Origin: Chiloscyllium plagiosum
Lineage: Eukaryota
Direction of reading: 5' to 3'
DNA length: 64,000 bases
NCBI RefSeq assembly: GCF_004010195.1
Contig: NC_057735.1
Span: forward strand, 43,699,698-43,763,697
Below, piece after piece: positions 1 through 11,432 of this stretch. Under the pieces are notes generated by a model. It ran no database searches. It was not told the origin of the DNA and worked only from the letters and a program-made list of their open reading frames with translations. Position numbers and translations under genes: made by a program. Positions within the stretch are counted from its first letter, which is position 1. Every line of letters begins with the position of its first letter.

Positions 1-1051
1 GAATTTCAGTTTTAATTTCTTGAATTTTGCTGCTCATTATATTTTTCTGTCCTCTGATCTCATTGCCACTCCTTTCTGCAATTTTCCAATTAAATTAGTT
101 TACACTGTCTCCAACAGCACAAGCTCATCTGCCTATGAGAGCATCGGTCCTTGTTAAACGCAAATTCAAAATGTTCAAATTATACCACTGCCCTCTTCCA
201 AATGTCCCAACAACGTGAAAACCTCCCCCCTGCATTACTTCTCCCTCCATGTATTTACCTCTCCTCATTTCACCTCTACATTTAACTGGGGAGTAATCTG
301 AGACCACCGCTGACAAAGGCGTGTTTTAACAATCTTTTCCCAAATTCTAGAAACTCTCACTTCCATCTGCTTGCTCTTCCCTGCACCTGGTCAGTTACAG
401 AGGTAACAAATTATTTAGGAATCACATTTGCCATTACAGAAACACCTCTGAATGTTCATTAATGATCAAATCCCCAATAATTACTGCATTCCTACACTTT
501 CCTTTACCGTTGCATCCAGTCAAATCTCCCACAGTGCTGGGAGTTTAATTCCTCTTGCATTTCTCTGAGGTATCATCAACCTCTCGGCATTCAAACCTGA
601 AAATTGGTTTGCGAGAGCTCTTGAATTGGTGTACCCCTGCCCTGCTTTTGTCTTCATCCTACCCCATCTGTAGGTCACCCACATCTGCTCTCCTGCACCT
701 TTTCTAATGGTAGAGTGACCGTCTCCTGGAGTTGAGATGGGGGACATTTTCAAACTCCCAGCTGTACTCCAGTGATTCCCAAGGGAACATACAACTGGTG
801 ACATGTCCTGCTCAAAAGATAGTCTCTTAAGTCTCGTGATATTTTCACTCTATCTCACCTCCTCCACCCTCACTGATACTCATTGCTGTTTCTCCTCAGG
901 TTAATTCCCTCTGCTCTCACACTCTCGTTACCTACCTCTCCCTTTTCTCTCACTATTCTTTTTTTCATTCATTCCAAATTTTTTCTCATTCTTTTATTCA
1001 TTCACTCTTTCCTGTTTCGTTTTTCCTCATTGCTTCCTTCTTTCCTTTAAA

Positions 1052-1568
1052 TCTCTTTCACGCTTTCATTTTTTTTTACTTTTATCCCTTTTGTCTCACA
1101 TTTCCAAAAGCTACTTCCCTTCCTTATTTAGTTCTCTGTCATGTTTTTGTTCTTTCTCTCTGCCTTTGCCTCTCTCTCTCTCTCTCTCTCTGTCTGTCTC
1201 TTCTATTTTTCATTGGCTTGCCTTACTCTCACTTACTCATTTGTCACTGTAACTCCCGAAGTCAGGCTCAGTGGACAAAGTATTTGAATACCAGTATACA
1301 AGGATCATTTACCTCTTTCACGCTTTCTTTTTTTTTAACTTTTATCCCTTTTGTCTCACATTTCCAAAAGCTACTTCCCTTCCTTATTTAGTTCTCTGTC
1401 ATGTTTTTGTTCTTTCTCTCTGCCTTTGCCTCTCTCTCTCTCTCTCTGTCTGTCTCTTCTATTTTTCATTGGCTTGCCTTACTCTCACTTACTCATTTGT
1501 CACTGTAACTCCCGAAGTCAGGCTCAGTGGACAAAGTATTTGAATACCAGTATACAAGGATCATTTAC
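1052..1568. repeat. Near-perfect tandem duplication of a ~258-bp pyrimidine-rich unit containing a (CT)n tract
   Basis: 1052-1310 and 1311-1568 both read ctctttcacgctttc...gtggacaaagtatttgaataccagtatacaaggatcattta. They differ mainly in T-run and (CT)n length. Confidence 0.9.
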
Positions 1569-2124
1569 AATTTGATATTAATTTTCACAAATCCCAACTA
1601 CAAGTCTTAATGATTGTGACAGTTCTTCAGAAACATTAAGAGATATCACATGAAAGTCAATAGGATTTTACCTCTCAGCCAGTTGATTAATCATTCAGGG
1701 TGAAGCTATGGTATGAGGTCCAGCAGACACAACCTCCCTTTGAACAGAGTTTTCACCTGTCTACGGTGGAACAGGGCTTATTGTGCTTCTTGCTTCCCTC
1801 CCTGTCTGCACTGAATGTGATGTGTTTGTTCATCTCTGTTTTTTTTATGATGCATGTGTGTGTATGGTTTACCATGTGTTTATCTCCTGTCACATTCCCA
1901 CAGCCTGCCTTTTCTCAGTGAGTGTATACAGTCTGTCAGCATTTAAAGCAACAACAGCTTTCCCATTCAGTCTGGACCAGCCACTTAGCCATCGGAAATG
2001 TCGCACTCGCAAAAATACAACAGTTGTTTTATTATTTGGAAAGAGCTGTACAAATTGACCAGAACCTGGAATTCTCACAACACAGCCATGCAGTCCATCA
2101 GATCTGTGATGACTCTTTTGAGAA

Positions 2125-2625
2125 GTTTTAGCAGAAGGATGTTATTAAGCTGCAGAATGTTACCAGAATGGTGCTGGGAATGGAGGGTTCGAGTTATAAG
2201 AAGACACTGGCTAGGCTGGAATTTTTTTCACTGCAGATTAGGAGGTTGAGAGGTGTCCCCTTATAGAGGTTTATAAAATCATGAGATCCATAGATAAGGT
2301 GAATGGCAGGAGTCTTTTCCCTAGGGTGGAGGATTTCAAGACTGAGGGTACATTTTTAAGTTGTGAGGAGCAAGATTTTAAAAAGACACGAGGAGCCATT
2401 TGTTTATGCAGAGAGTAGCTCATGTGTGGAATGAAATTCCAAAGGAAGTGGTGGATGTGGGCACAGTTACAATGTTTAAAAGACATTTGGATAAGTACAC
2501 AAATAAGAAATGTTTGGAGGGATATGGGCCAAATGCAGGCAGGTGGGATGAGTTTAGTTTGGGATTATGGTCAGCATGGACTGGTGGGACCAAAGGGTCT
2601 GTTCCTGTGCTCTCTATGATTTGAT
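2125..2625 (+). mobile_element. CR1/HER1-type LINE 3' fragment
   Basis: Translates to the CR1 ORF2 C-terminus (FMQRVAHVWNEIPKEVVDVGTVTMFKRHLDKY), followed by the typical 3' UTR aagggtctgtt...ctatga. Confidence 0.85.
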
Positions 2626-3059
2626 GAGCTGTCTAGTCATTATCATTTCTTCATTTTTTTCCCAAAGTATGTTAAGGTTCTCTGTTTTTCAAATATACTT
2701 CCAATTCCTTTTTGAAATTTACTATAGATTCTGCTACCAATCACCTTCAGTAAGCACTTTCCAATTCTTACTAGCCGGCGAAATCAAAAGCCATGTCTCG
2801 TGACTGCTCTGGTTGTTGACCTATCTGCCAGTGGAAATCATTTTTCCCTATTGACTCTTATTGATATGCCTCACAGCTGTGAACATTATTAAGTCCCTCC
2901 TGATCTTCACTGCTTCTCCACATGACTAAAGTTCCTCATCCAGAGGTAAAAACTTTCCTCAGCTTGGCCATCTGAAATTGTAGTGTTGGGCATGGACATA
3001 TTATATTAGCAGCAGCCTAAACTGTGATAAATGAAGGTTGAGCATTTATGTCTTCAAGT

Positions 3060-3820
3060 GTCACTACAGGGGCTTTGCACAGTTAAAGGTGCCATCTTTG
3101 GGTGAGATGTTAAATTGAAGCTGTGCCTGCTCTGTCAAGGAAGTATAAATGTTTGGTGGTGTTTTTTTGAGAATACTGTTTAAGAAGATTTCCCCAGTAT
3201 TCTAACCAATGCTTAGACCTCAAGCTACATCACAAAACCAATTATTATGATTAATTGATGAATTGTTAACGGAGTCATAGAAATATACAGCACAGAAACT
3301 GCAATGCGGTTTGCACTTGCTGGGGGACTTTAATAGGTTGGCCTAAAAGGTTTGGTCTCACAGAGGATTTCAGATGATGGGGAGACCAGGTCAGAGATGC
3401 ATAGCACAGAACAGACCGTTTGGTCAGACTCGTCCATGCCGACCAGCTATCCTAAACTAATCTAGTCCCATTTACCAGCATTTGGCCCATATCCTTCTAA
3501 ACCCTTCTTATTCATATATCCATACAGATAAATGTTGTAATTGTACCAGCCTCCACCACTTCCTTTGGCAGCTCATTCCATACATGCACTACCCTCTGCG
3601 TGAAGAAGTTGCTCCTTAGGTCCATTTTAAATCTTTCCCATCTCACATTAATTATCAGGCAGTTGCTTTGATCTGTTGTAGGACCAATTTGAGCATGAAC
3701 TGACTGTTGCATTTCACGCTTAGCAATAATAGTTACACTTCAGAGATACCTCATTCGTAATAAAACTTTGTCATGGGGTCATGGAATGTGCTGCTTTAAT
3801 GCAATGCATTCTTTCTTTCA
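3060..3820 (+). mobile_element. Old DeuSINE (SacSINE1-like), interrupted by a CR1 3' fragment
   Basis: ggtgccatctttgggtgagatgttaaa...tccccagtattctaaccaat resembles the Deu central domain. The 3' part resumes at ~3645 and ends cattctttcttt. Confidence 0.55.
3392..3645 (-). mobile_element. CR1 LINE 3' fragment
   Basis: Minus ORF NFFTQRVVHVWNELPKEVVEAGTITTF plus reverse-complement 3' UTR. Confidence 0.85.
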
Positions 3821-4223
3821 AAGGATTGAATAGCCTGCTTAATGTTACAAATTATGTAATGAAATCCATTTCTATCCTCTGCACTGTGCAAGCCAAAATC
3901 AATACACATCAGGGAATTTGAGTTCCAGTATTAGTTACATTTGTTTTTTGTTAGTGATGGGGCAGAGCTTGGTGCGAAGTTTTCAGTAGGTTACCCAAAA
4001 CAGTTCAAGGGTCACGGGAGTGCAGTATAATGTAGAATCACTTGAAGTTGGTAAGATGGCTCGAGAGAGAGAATGAGGAACAAGGCAATAAGTTCCATGT
4101 AGAAAATGTGCTGCTGTTACCTGTGCTGCTGAGAAGTTGACAGGAATCCTTGATTCTTTGTAGATGGGATCAGAATGAAGTTCAAGGATCTTAAAATACC
4201 TTAGAAGCCAGTATAGAATGATA

Positions 4224-4530
4224 TAGTGTGGAAACAGGCTCTTCGGCCCAACAGGTCCACACCAACCCTCCGAAGAGTAAAGCACTCAGACCTATTCCCC
4301 GACTGCTCTACGTTTACTCCTGTCTAATACACCTAACCTACACATTTCTGAACACTATGGGCAATTTAAGCATGGCCAGTTCACCTAACCTGCACATCTT
4401 TGGACTGTAGGAGGAAACCCACATAGAAACAGGGAGAACATGCAAACTCAACACCTGAGGCAGAAATCAAACCCAGGTCCTTGGCGCTGTGAGGCAACAG
4501 TGCTAACCACTGAGCCACCATGCTGCCCCA
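4224..4530 (-). mobile_element. HE1-type V-SINE
   Basis: Reverse complement has tRNA-derived head GGTGGCTCAGTGGTTAGCACTG, V domain (tccaaagatgtgcaggttaggtgaa) and CR1-like tail gggccgaagagcctgtttccac. Confidence 0.9.
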
Positions 4531-5060
4531 CTGTCTGTCCTGTTAAATACTGGGGCTAGCGCTCAGAAAAAGGTCTGGGAGCCTCGTTAGTCTTGGAAGA
4601 AGCCTGTGAACTGTTACAAATGTAGTGGAGCAGAGAGTAGGATGATAGAAGCCCAAAGGCAGTATGCTTCATGCATGCGAGCAAGCATAGATTTGGGGAA
4701 AGCCAGGGGCAGTGCTAGTTTGGTGAAGGCAGCAGTCTATGGAAAAGCTGGACCTGTGTCTGTAAGTAGGTGCTGGAGTACAGTATCTAAATCTAGGAGA
4801 GTGTAGCCCCTGGAAAGGAGACTGATCGACCAGGCTATAAGCAGTCCATGACAGAATGGCTTTGCAAGAATTTCAAAGCCAGATCGTCAAATGTCAAGCT
4901 TTGGAATCCCTTGTGAAAGTTTAATAAAACTTGGTTGACCCACAATATCGGTAACATCTGAGGGGCAGGGGGATGCTGCTGAGAAATCTTTGGGATTTGT
5001 CTTAATTATATTTGTCATTTGTTGTGCTCTGTGATGTGTTCGACTATAGTTTGTCTGTTA

Positions 5061-5193
5061 GGTAAAAACAATGACTGCAGATGCTGGAAACCAGATTCTG
5101 GATCAGTGGTGCTGGAAGAGCACAGCAGTTCAGGCAGCATCCAAGGAGCTTCTCCCTGAATTGCTGTGCTCTTCCAGCACCACTGATCCAGAA
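5061..5193. mobile_element. Penelope-terminal-repeat-derived mini palindrome with 16-bp TSD
   Basis: Inverted arms 5095-5134/5155-5194 plus a one-sided ~34-bp extension. tatagtttgtctgtta occurs at 5045-5060 and 5194-5209. Confidence 0.8.
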
Positions 5194-7559
5194 TATAGTT
5201 TGTCTGTTACCAAATTTAACCCATGTTAATTCTGGATATTAAACTATAAGTTGTATATATAAATATATAGTAAATTGTTTTACTTCACTAGGTTTGTATA
5301 GTAAAGCTTTATTTTTGTTTTGTCAAAACTGTAGAGTCTTGTGGATTAATCTCTTAGTGGCTTTTCCCACTTTGCCCACTTTAAAGAAAAATTACTGGTT
5401 CCCTGGTCTGGGATTATAACAAGGATTTCAAAAAAGCAGAATGAGGAATGCAACCCATGCTGTTGCCTTTGAACAGCCATTCAGCACAATTATAATTCCC
5501 CATCTAAACATTTTCAATTCTTGGTCAGAACTTGCCATGACCAGCTGATGCTCTGGCATCCCACCAGGGCACCACTCCCAGGCCATTTTCATTCTGGTAT
5601 GATGAAGGGTGGGTGAGGGTGGGACAGTGTCAGCAGTGATGGTCATCAACAAGGTCAGTAGCACAATAGACAAATTAGAAAGCCCACTATAGCCACTCAC
5701 TGCCCACTGAATGGATCTTTACTAGTCAGAATCCTCCGCTCAGGCCGAAACACAACCAGGAGATGAAAGCAGTTCCAATCCAACTTGAAAATCCCCTTCT
5801 CCCAACCACCATGGCCACCAGGTTTCAGAAGAGGGGAGGTTGTTCGACAAATTATGGCAGGGTTAATCCAATGTGACGAAAACCCAGCAACTAAGGGATT
5901 GGGATTTTTTTTATTTTTAAACATATGAACCCGGACGTCAACATCACATTTGGCAGGTCGACACCAATCGCCATGCTTGGAACATTGGAGCAACTGCACG
6001 CAATTGTAGCCATACATCATGGGGAAATGTTGGCCTTGAGCCTTGGCTGTTCATTATCTGTTTCAACGACTTGAATGTGGGGAGTAAACATAATTGTTCT
6101 AAGTCTGTGAATGACACAAAACCAAATGGAGATATATGTTGTAAGGGTGATATAAAGAGGATTTAAGGGGATTTAGGCAGGCTGCGTGTGTGGGCAAGAA
6201 CATGGCAGATGGCCAATAACATGGATACATGTGAGTTAGAGAGTCATAGAGGTTTAAAGCATGGAAACAGGCCCATCAGCTCAATTTGTCCATGCTGCCC
6301 AGTTTTCGCAACTAAATTAGCCCCATTTGCCTGCATTTGGTCAATATCCATCCATACCTATCCGATCCATGTACCAACAAAATATTATTGAATGGCCAAG
6401 ACTTGAAAATTACAATGATCGCAATTTTGTTTTTCCTAGTTATTTGATTTAATTTGATTTATTAGGGTCACATGTACCTAGGTACAGTGAAAAGTATTAT
6501 TTTGCATGCAGTATAGGCAGATCATACCATACAAAGTGCCTAAGGGCAAGAGAAGAGTGAGGAATGCAATGTTACAGCTACAGAGAATGTGCTCAAACAG
6601 CAAGATCAACATTAAATTTAAAATTTGGGAGGTCCATTCAGAAGTGTGATAACAGCAGAGAAGAAGCTGCTCTTGAACCTGTGGCTTTAAGCCTTTAAAT
6701 CTTCTGCCTGACGGAAGAAGTTGGAAGAGATTATAAACTGGGTGAGAGGGGACTTTGATGATGTTGGTTGCCTTCCTGAGGCAGTGGGTTGTGTAGGTGG
6801 AGTCAGTGGATGGAAGGTTGGCTTGTGACTAGGCTGTGTTCAGTTATGGTAGTTTTGCTTTCATCATCAATTCTGGCCTCAGTAATGCATATGTTACCAC
6901 TTTGAAGTAAACCAAACCGAGGGGCACCAATATTGAAGACAATATACTTAACATTGTTTAGAAATGTAATTTTCAAAGGGCCCACTTGCTCTCTGGTACA
7001 ATGGATGCAGGAATTCTATGCAGCACAAATGTCTGAATCACAATATGAGGCCAAATATATAACTTTGCTTGAAGGAATTGATTTTGGCTGTGTGAAATCT
7101 CACACCTGGTAAAGGCTAGCTAAGTTTGGCTTGAGAATTGTGTTTATAAGAAATTTATTATGACATTGGTATTTATAAGCTGTTGTCATCCCAGTTTAAA
7201 ATAGATCCCACTCTCTTCATTGGAATGTAAATGGCAACCCAGACATATTTTCTCCCTAATTTGGAACAGATAATCTCTTGAGGCTGTTTTGATTTACAAG
7301 TGAATAGAACTTTTAATTTGCTATAATTGGTTGTTTCATCCAGTGTCTTGATGTTCAGGCCAGATTTCTCTGTAGCTTTATTATTAAGTAGACAATGTGA
7401 GGGCTGCAGAGCAACATGCTCTGAGCTGCACCATGTCCTGCTTCTTAATATGACACTAACGTGTGACTAATGAGGTCAGAAGGCAACCAGGTTTATGTCA
7501 AAAACTCACTTATATATTCATTAAATCCTGTCACAATAGCAGGCAGGCACATTCCAAGC

Positions 7560-8400
7560 ACCCTGTATCATTGATAAACCAGACTGAGATTGGTAAACCA
7601 ATTCTCAATAATCAAGAAATGCTGGAAAAACACCATTTGGCAAATTAAGTACAATGTAGGAAAGTATGAAAATGTCCACTTTGGCATATTACCTAAACGG
7701 TGAGTGTTTGCAGAGCTTTGAGATGCAGAGAGATCTGGGAGCCCTAATGCTTGAATCACCGAAGGTGAGTATGCAGGTACAGCAAGTAGTCGGGCAAGCT
7801 AATGGAATGTTACAGTCTATTACGAGAGGAATTGAATGCAAGAGTAGGGAATTATGCTTCAGTTATATTGCATTGGTGAGACCACATCTGGAGTATTGCA
7901 CAGTACTGATTACTGTACTTACAGAAGAATGTTAATGAATTGGAAACAGTTCTGAAGAGGTTTACTAGATTTATACCCAGAATGAGGAATTGCCCTATGA
8001 GGAAAGACTAGACAAGCCAGGCCTGTATCCTCTGGAGTTCAGAACAGTTACTTGGAACATAAGATCCTGAGTGGACTCGATCGGGTGAAAGGATGTTTCC
8101 TCTTGTGAGAGAATCTACAACTAGGCATCATAGTTTAAAAATAAGTGGACACCCATTTAAGAGTGAGATGAGGAAATGTTTTTTTCTACAGAGGGTATCA
8201 GTCTTTGGAATTCCCTTCCTCAGAAGCCAGTGGATGTAGAATCTTTAAATATTTTTAAGGCAGAGGTGATTACCAAGAGGATGAAAGATTATCAAGGAAT
8301 ATGCAGGATTGTAGAGTTGAGATTAAAGTCAGATCATATATTGAACTGTGGAGCAGGATCAAAAGGCTGAATGGTGTACTCTTGTTCTTTGTTTGTAGTT
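7560..8400 (+). mobile_element. CR1 LINE 3' fragment
   Basis: ORFs QRDLGALM...QANGML...ALVRPHLEYC and SLWNSLPQKPVDVESLNIFKAE. Confidence 0.85.
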
Positions 8401-8481
8401 TATAAATTCAGCAGGTCTGGCAGCATCTGTGGAGACAAGCACAGAGTTAATATTTCAAACCCGATATGGTTCTGATGTAGA

Positions 8482-9775
8482 GGTGTGGGTGTTGGACTGA
8501 GGTGGTCAAAGTTGAAAATCACATGACACCAGGTTAGAGTCCAACAGGTTTATTTGAGAGTACAAGCTTTCAGAGCGCTGCTCCTTCATCAGGGAGCTAG
8601 TGGGACGGGGCACATAGGACACAGAGTTTATAAGTAAAAGAACAAAGTGTCATACAATTGATGCGATGTATTAGACAAACCTAGATGGCTTTAAGTCTTT
8701 AATCACTTAAAATGGGATGCAGGTTTCACCTGACTAATATGTAAATTCCAGAACTTCTTTCAAGTCACTGCCACAAAATAACATAAGATTTTATCAGTGG
8801 ATTTAAAAAGGTGACATCTCAGCTCAGACAATGCATTATAGGTGTGTTTAGAGTCAGTTTATGTCCCAACTTGGAGTCAGACTGGTTTTATTTCCAAAGT
8901 AGGAAGTTATAAAATGTCACATGGACTGACTGCCTACAAATTGTGTGTTTTTTGAACAAATACAAATCTGTAAATGCACATTCACCCCATAGACTTATAT
9001 GTGTGTGTGTGAGTGAGGGAGCGAGGGAGAGGGAATGTGTGTGTGTGTGAGTGAGGGAGCGAGGGAGAGGGAATGTGTGTGTGTGTGTGTGAGTGAGGGA
9101 GCGAGGGAGAGGGAATATGTGTGTGTGTGAGTGAGGGAGCGAGGGAGAGGGAATGTGTGTGTGTGTGAGTGAGGGAGCGAGGGAGAGGGAATGTGTGTGT
9201 GTGTGAGTGAGGGAGCGAGGGAGAGGGAATGTGTGTGTGTGTGNNNNNNNNNNNNNNNNNNNNNNNNNNNNNNNNNNNNNNNNNNNNNNNNNNNNNNNNN
9301 NNNNNNNNNNNNNNNNNNNNNNNNNNNNNNNNNNNNNNNNNNNNNNNNNNNNNNNNNNNNNNNNNNNNNNNNNNNNNNNNNNNNNNNNNNNNGAGAGTGT
9401 GTGTGTCTCTTCAAGTGAGTGTGAGTGTGTGTGTGTGTGCATGAGAGAGCGTGCGTATGAGGGTCTGTGGGAGTGTGTGAGCATGTTTGTGGGTGAGAAT
9501 ATGTGTGTGTGTGTGTGTAAATAGTGTGGTGGGGTCACTTTGTAGTGTGACATGAAACCAAGGTCCCAGTTGAGGCCATGCTTATGGGTACCAAAACTTG
9601 GCTATCAGCCTCTGCTTGGCGACTGTGCGTTGTTCTGTATCCCAAAGTCCGCCTTGGAAGACATTTACCTGAAGATCCAAGGCTGATGTCCTTGACCACT
9701 GAAGTGCTCCCCCAGTGGGAGGGAACCTCACTGTTTGGAGATTGTTGCACAATATCCATTCATCTGTTGTTGTGG
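8482..9775 (-). mobile_element. 5'-truncated Penelope-like element (GIY-YIG C-terminus, 3' UTR with satellite, family B terminal repeat)
   Basis: Minus frames give LGEHFSGQGH, DLQVNVFQGGLWDTEQRTVAKQRLIAKF and GLNWDLGFMSHYK*. The terminal repeat at 8482-8600 has a hammerhead core. Confidence 0.75.
8997..9520. repeat. Compound minisatellite [(GT)n GAGTGAGGGAGCGAGGGAGAGGGAAT]n spanning an assembly gap (9244-9392)
   Basis: At least 6 units of ~38-42 bp are visible before the N-run. Confidence 0.95.
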
Positions 9776-10204
9776 CATCAGACTTGAAACATTTAATCCA
9801 CATCATACTCAAAATGTTAACTCTTCTTGTCTCTCTCTGCCAGATCTGCTGCGTTTCTCCAGTATTTTCTGCATTTCTTTTAGATTTCCAGCATCCGCAG
9901 TACTTTGCTTTAATCAAAATGGCCAGGCTGCTTTTGCATTTGACCCAGGATGAGGGTCAGGCAGAGCAAAAAAAAAATCAATCTTCCCACATCTCACACT
10001 TCATTAACTCCACTGAAATACATGGGCAATTTTCAAGTGAGCAGTCAAAGGTACCACTGAAACAAATTGGAGATTCATGAATAAACATGACATGCAATGT
10101 TATCTTACTGACAGACATTCAAGTGTCAGGGGCAGAAGTCACACTTAGGAACATAAGACATACGCTCTAGGAACAGACAAGACGTGCAGGCCCTTGGTTT
10201 CACA

Positions 10205-10310
10205 GAAAAGTGGCATCTCTGACAGTGCAGCACTCCTTCAGTACTGCATGGTGTGTCAGCCTGGATTATGTGCTCAACACTCTACCACTAGTGGGTCTTG
10301 AGCCCATGAT
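10205..10310 (-). mobile_element. DeuSINE (SacSINE1-like) 5' fragment
   Basis: Reverse complement ttgagcacataatccaggctgacac...cagtactgaaggagtgctgcactgtcagagatgcc. Confidence 0.6.
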
Positions 10311-10502
10311 TGTCCGTGTCACACTCATTTGGTAATAGAGAGTCCATAATCATGAAGGTTATCTCTGAGGTGAAATGTGAGGTTGCAGTTCTTTGAGCTT
10401 TGCTTTAATTTTAGGGTGATTCAGTTGAGGTTTTACCTTTCCATCCATCAATTGTTGGGGATTTGGTACCGATCCAGAGAAAACCTTTTAAGGAAAGCCA
10501 CC

Positions 10503-10805
10503 TGGCATGGTAGCTCAGTGGTTAGCACTGCTGCCTCACACTGCCAGGGTCTTGGGTTTGATTCCAGCCTTGGTTGACTCTCTGTCTGTGTAGAGCTTGT
10601 ACATTCTTCCCCTCTCTGTCCTCCAGGTGGTCTGGTTTCCCTCCACAGTCCAAAGATGTGCAGGTTAGGTGGATTGGCCATGGGAAATTGCCAAGAGTGT
10701 TGAGGGATGTGTAGGCTAGGTGGATTAGGCATGGGAGATGCAGGATTACAGGGATGGGGCGGGTCTGGGTGGGATGCTCTTCGATGTGGACTGAATGGTC
10801 TGCAA
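10503..10805 (+). mobile_element. HE1-type V-SINE
   Basis: ggcatggtagctcagtggttagcactgctgcctcac head and V domain. Confidence 0.9.
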
Positions 10806-11218
10806 CAAGCAACCCCCAGAGGGTGTGCAGCATCATCAAGTGAAAAATACTTGAGCAAGATGCAACCATCGACTGTGCCTCCTTCTTCATCTAACAAGTG
10901 ATTTCAGGAATTGCCTACAGAAGTGTAATTACTTGTTTAGCTTCTGACTTACTTAGAAGTTCTAGAATTGTCACAGAGTCATTGTCTTCTTCGTGATGTC
11001 CAACATCAGAAAGTAAATCTTCCTGATGGTACCTTTTCTGATGCTGTATTAGTGCAATTACGTATTTTACCTTATGTAAAGATTTATATTGAGCTTTAAT
11101 AGCCATTCTCCCAATCATTGCTGCTGTACTGGACAGTTTCCCAACCATGTTACAGATCTTTGTTATGACTCCCACTGGCTTCTCCATGTTTCCTGAAAAG
11201 GATTCTGTATTAGATCAG

Positions 11219-11432
11219 AGCTAAAAATCACACAACACCAGGTTATAGTCCAACAGGTTTAATTGGAAGCACACTAGCTTTCGGAGCATCGCTCCTACAT
11301 CAGATGGTAGTGAAGGAGCGTCGCTCCAAAAGCTACTGTGCTTCCGATTAAACCTGTTGGACTATAACCTGGTGTTGTGTGATTTTTAACTTTGTACACC
11401 CCAGTCCAACACCGGCATCTCCAAATCATGAC
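11219..11432. mobile_element. Family B Penelope terminal-repeat palindrome with 12-bp TSD
   Basis: Inverted arms (aaaaatcacacaacaccaggttatagtcc / ggactataacctggtgttgtgtgattttt). gtattagatcag occurs at 11207-11218 and 11433-11444. Confidence 0.85.

Larger units (their letters stand above)
3950..5421 (+). mobile_element. Probable degraded solo LTR with nested SINE and hairpin element
   Basis: Non-coding stretch ending ...ctgggattataaca (LTR-like ACA end) with an AT-rich block before it. Left boundary uncertain. Confidence 0.3.
9915..11190 (-). mobile_element. Highly decayed Gypsy-like pol relic
   Basis: Minus-strand peptides KRYHQ..., LLSKSEAKQVITLL, LVPNPQQLMDGKV and VVPLTAHLKIAHVFQWS resemble Gypsy IN-tail/RT/connection motifs. 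Confidence 0.35.

Noticed and set aside
8997-9243. CRISPR-like regular repeat
   Set aside because: The spacers are (GT)n rather than unique, the context is eukaryotic, and there are no cas genes.
8888-9553. Long His/Thr- and Cys/Val-rich ORFs
   Set aside because: Translations of a GT/GA satellite and an N-gap.
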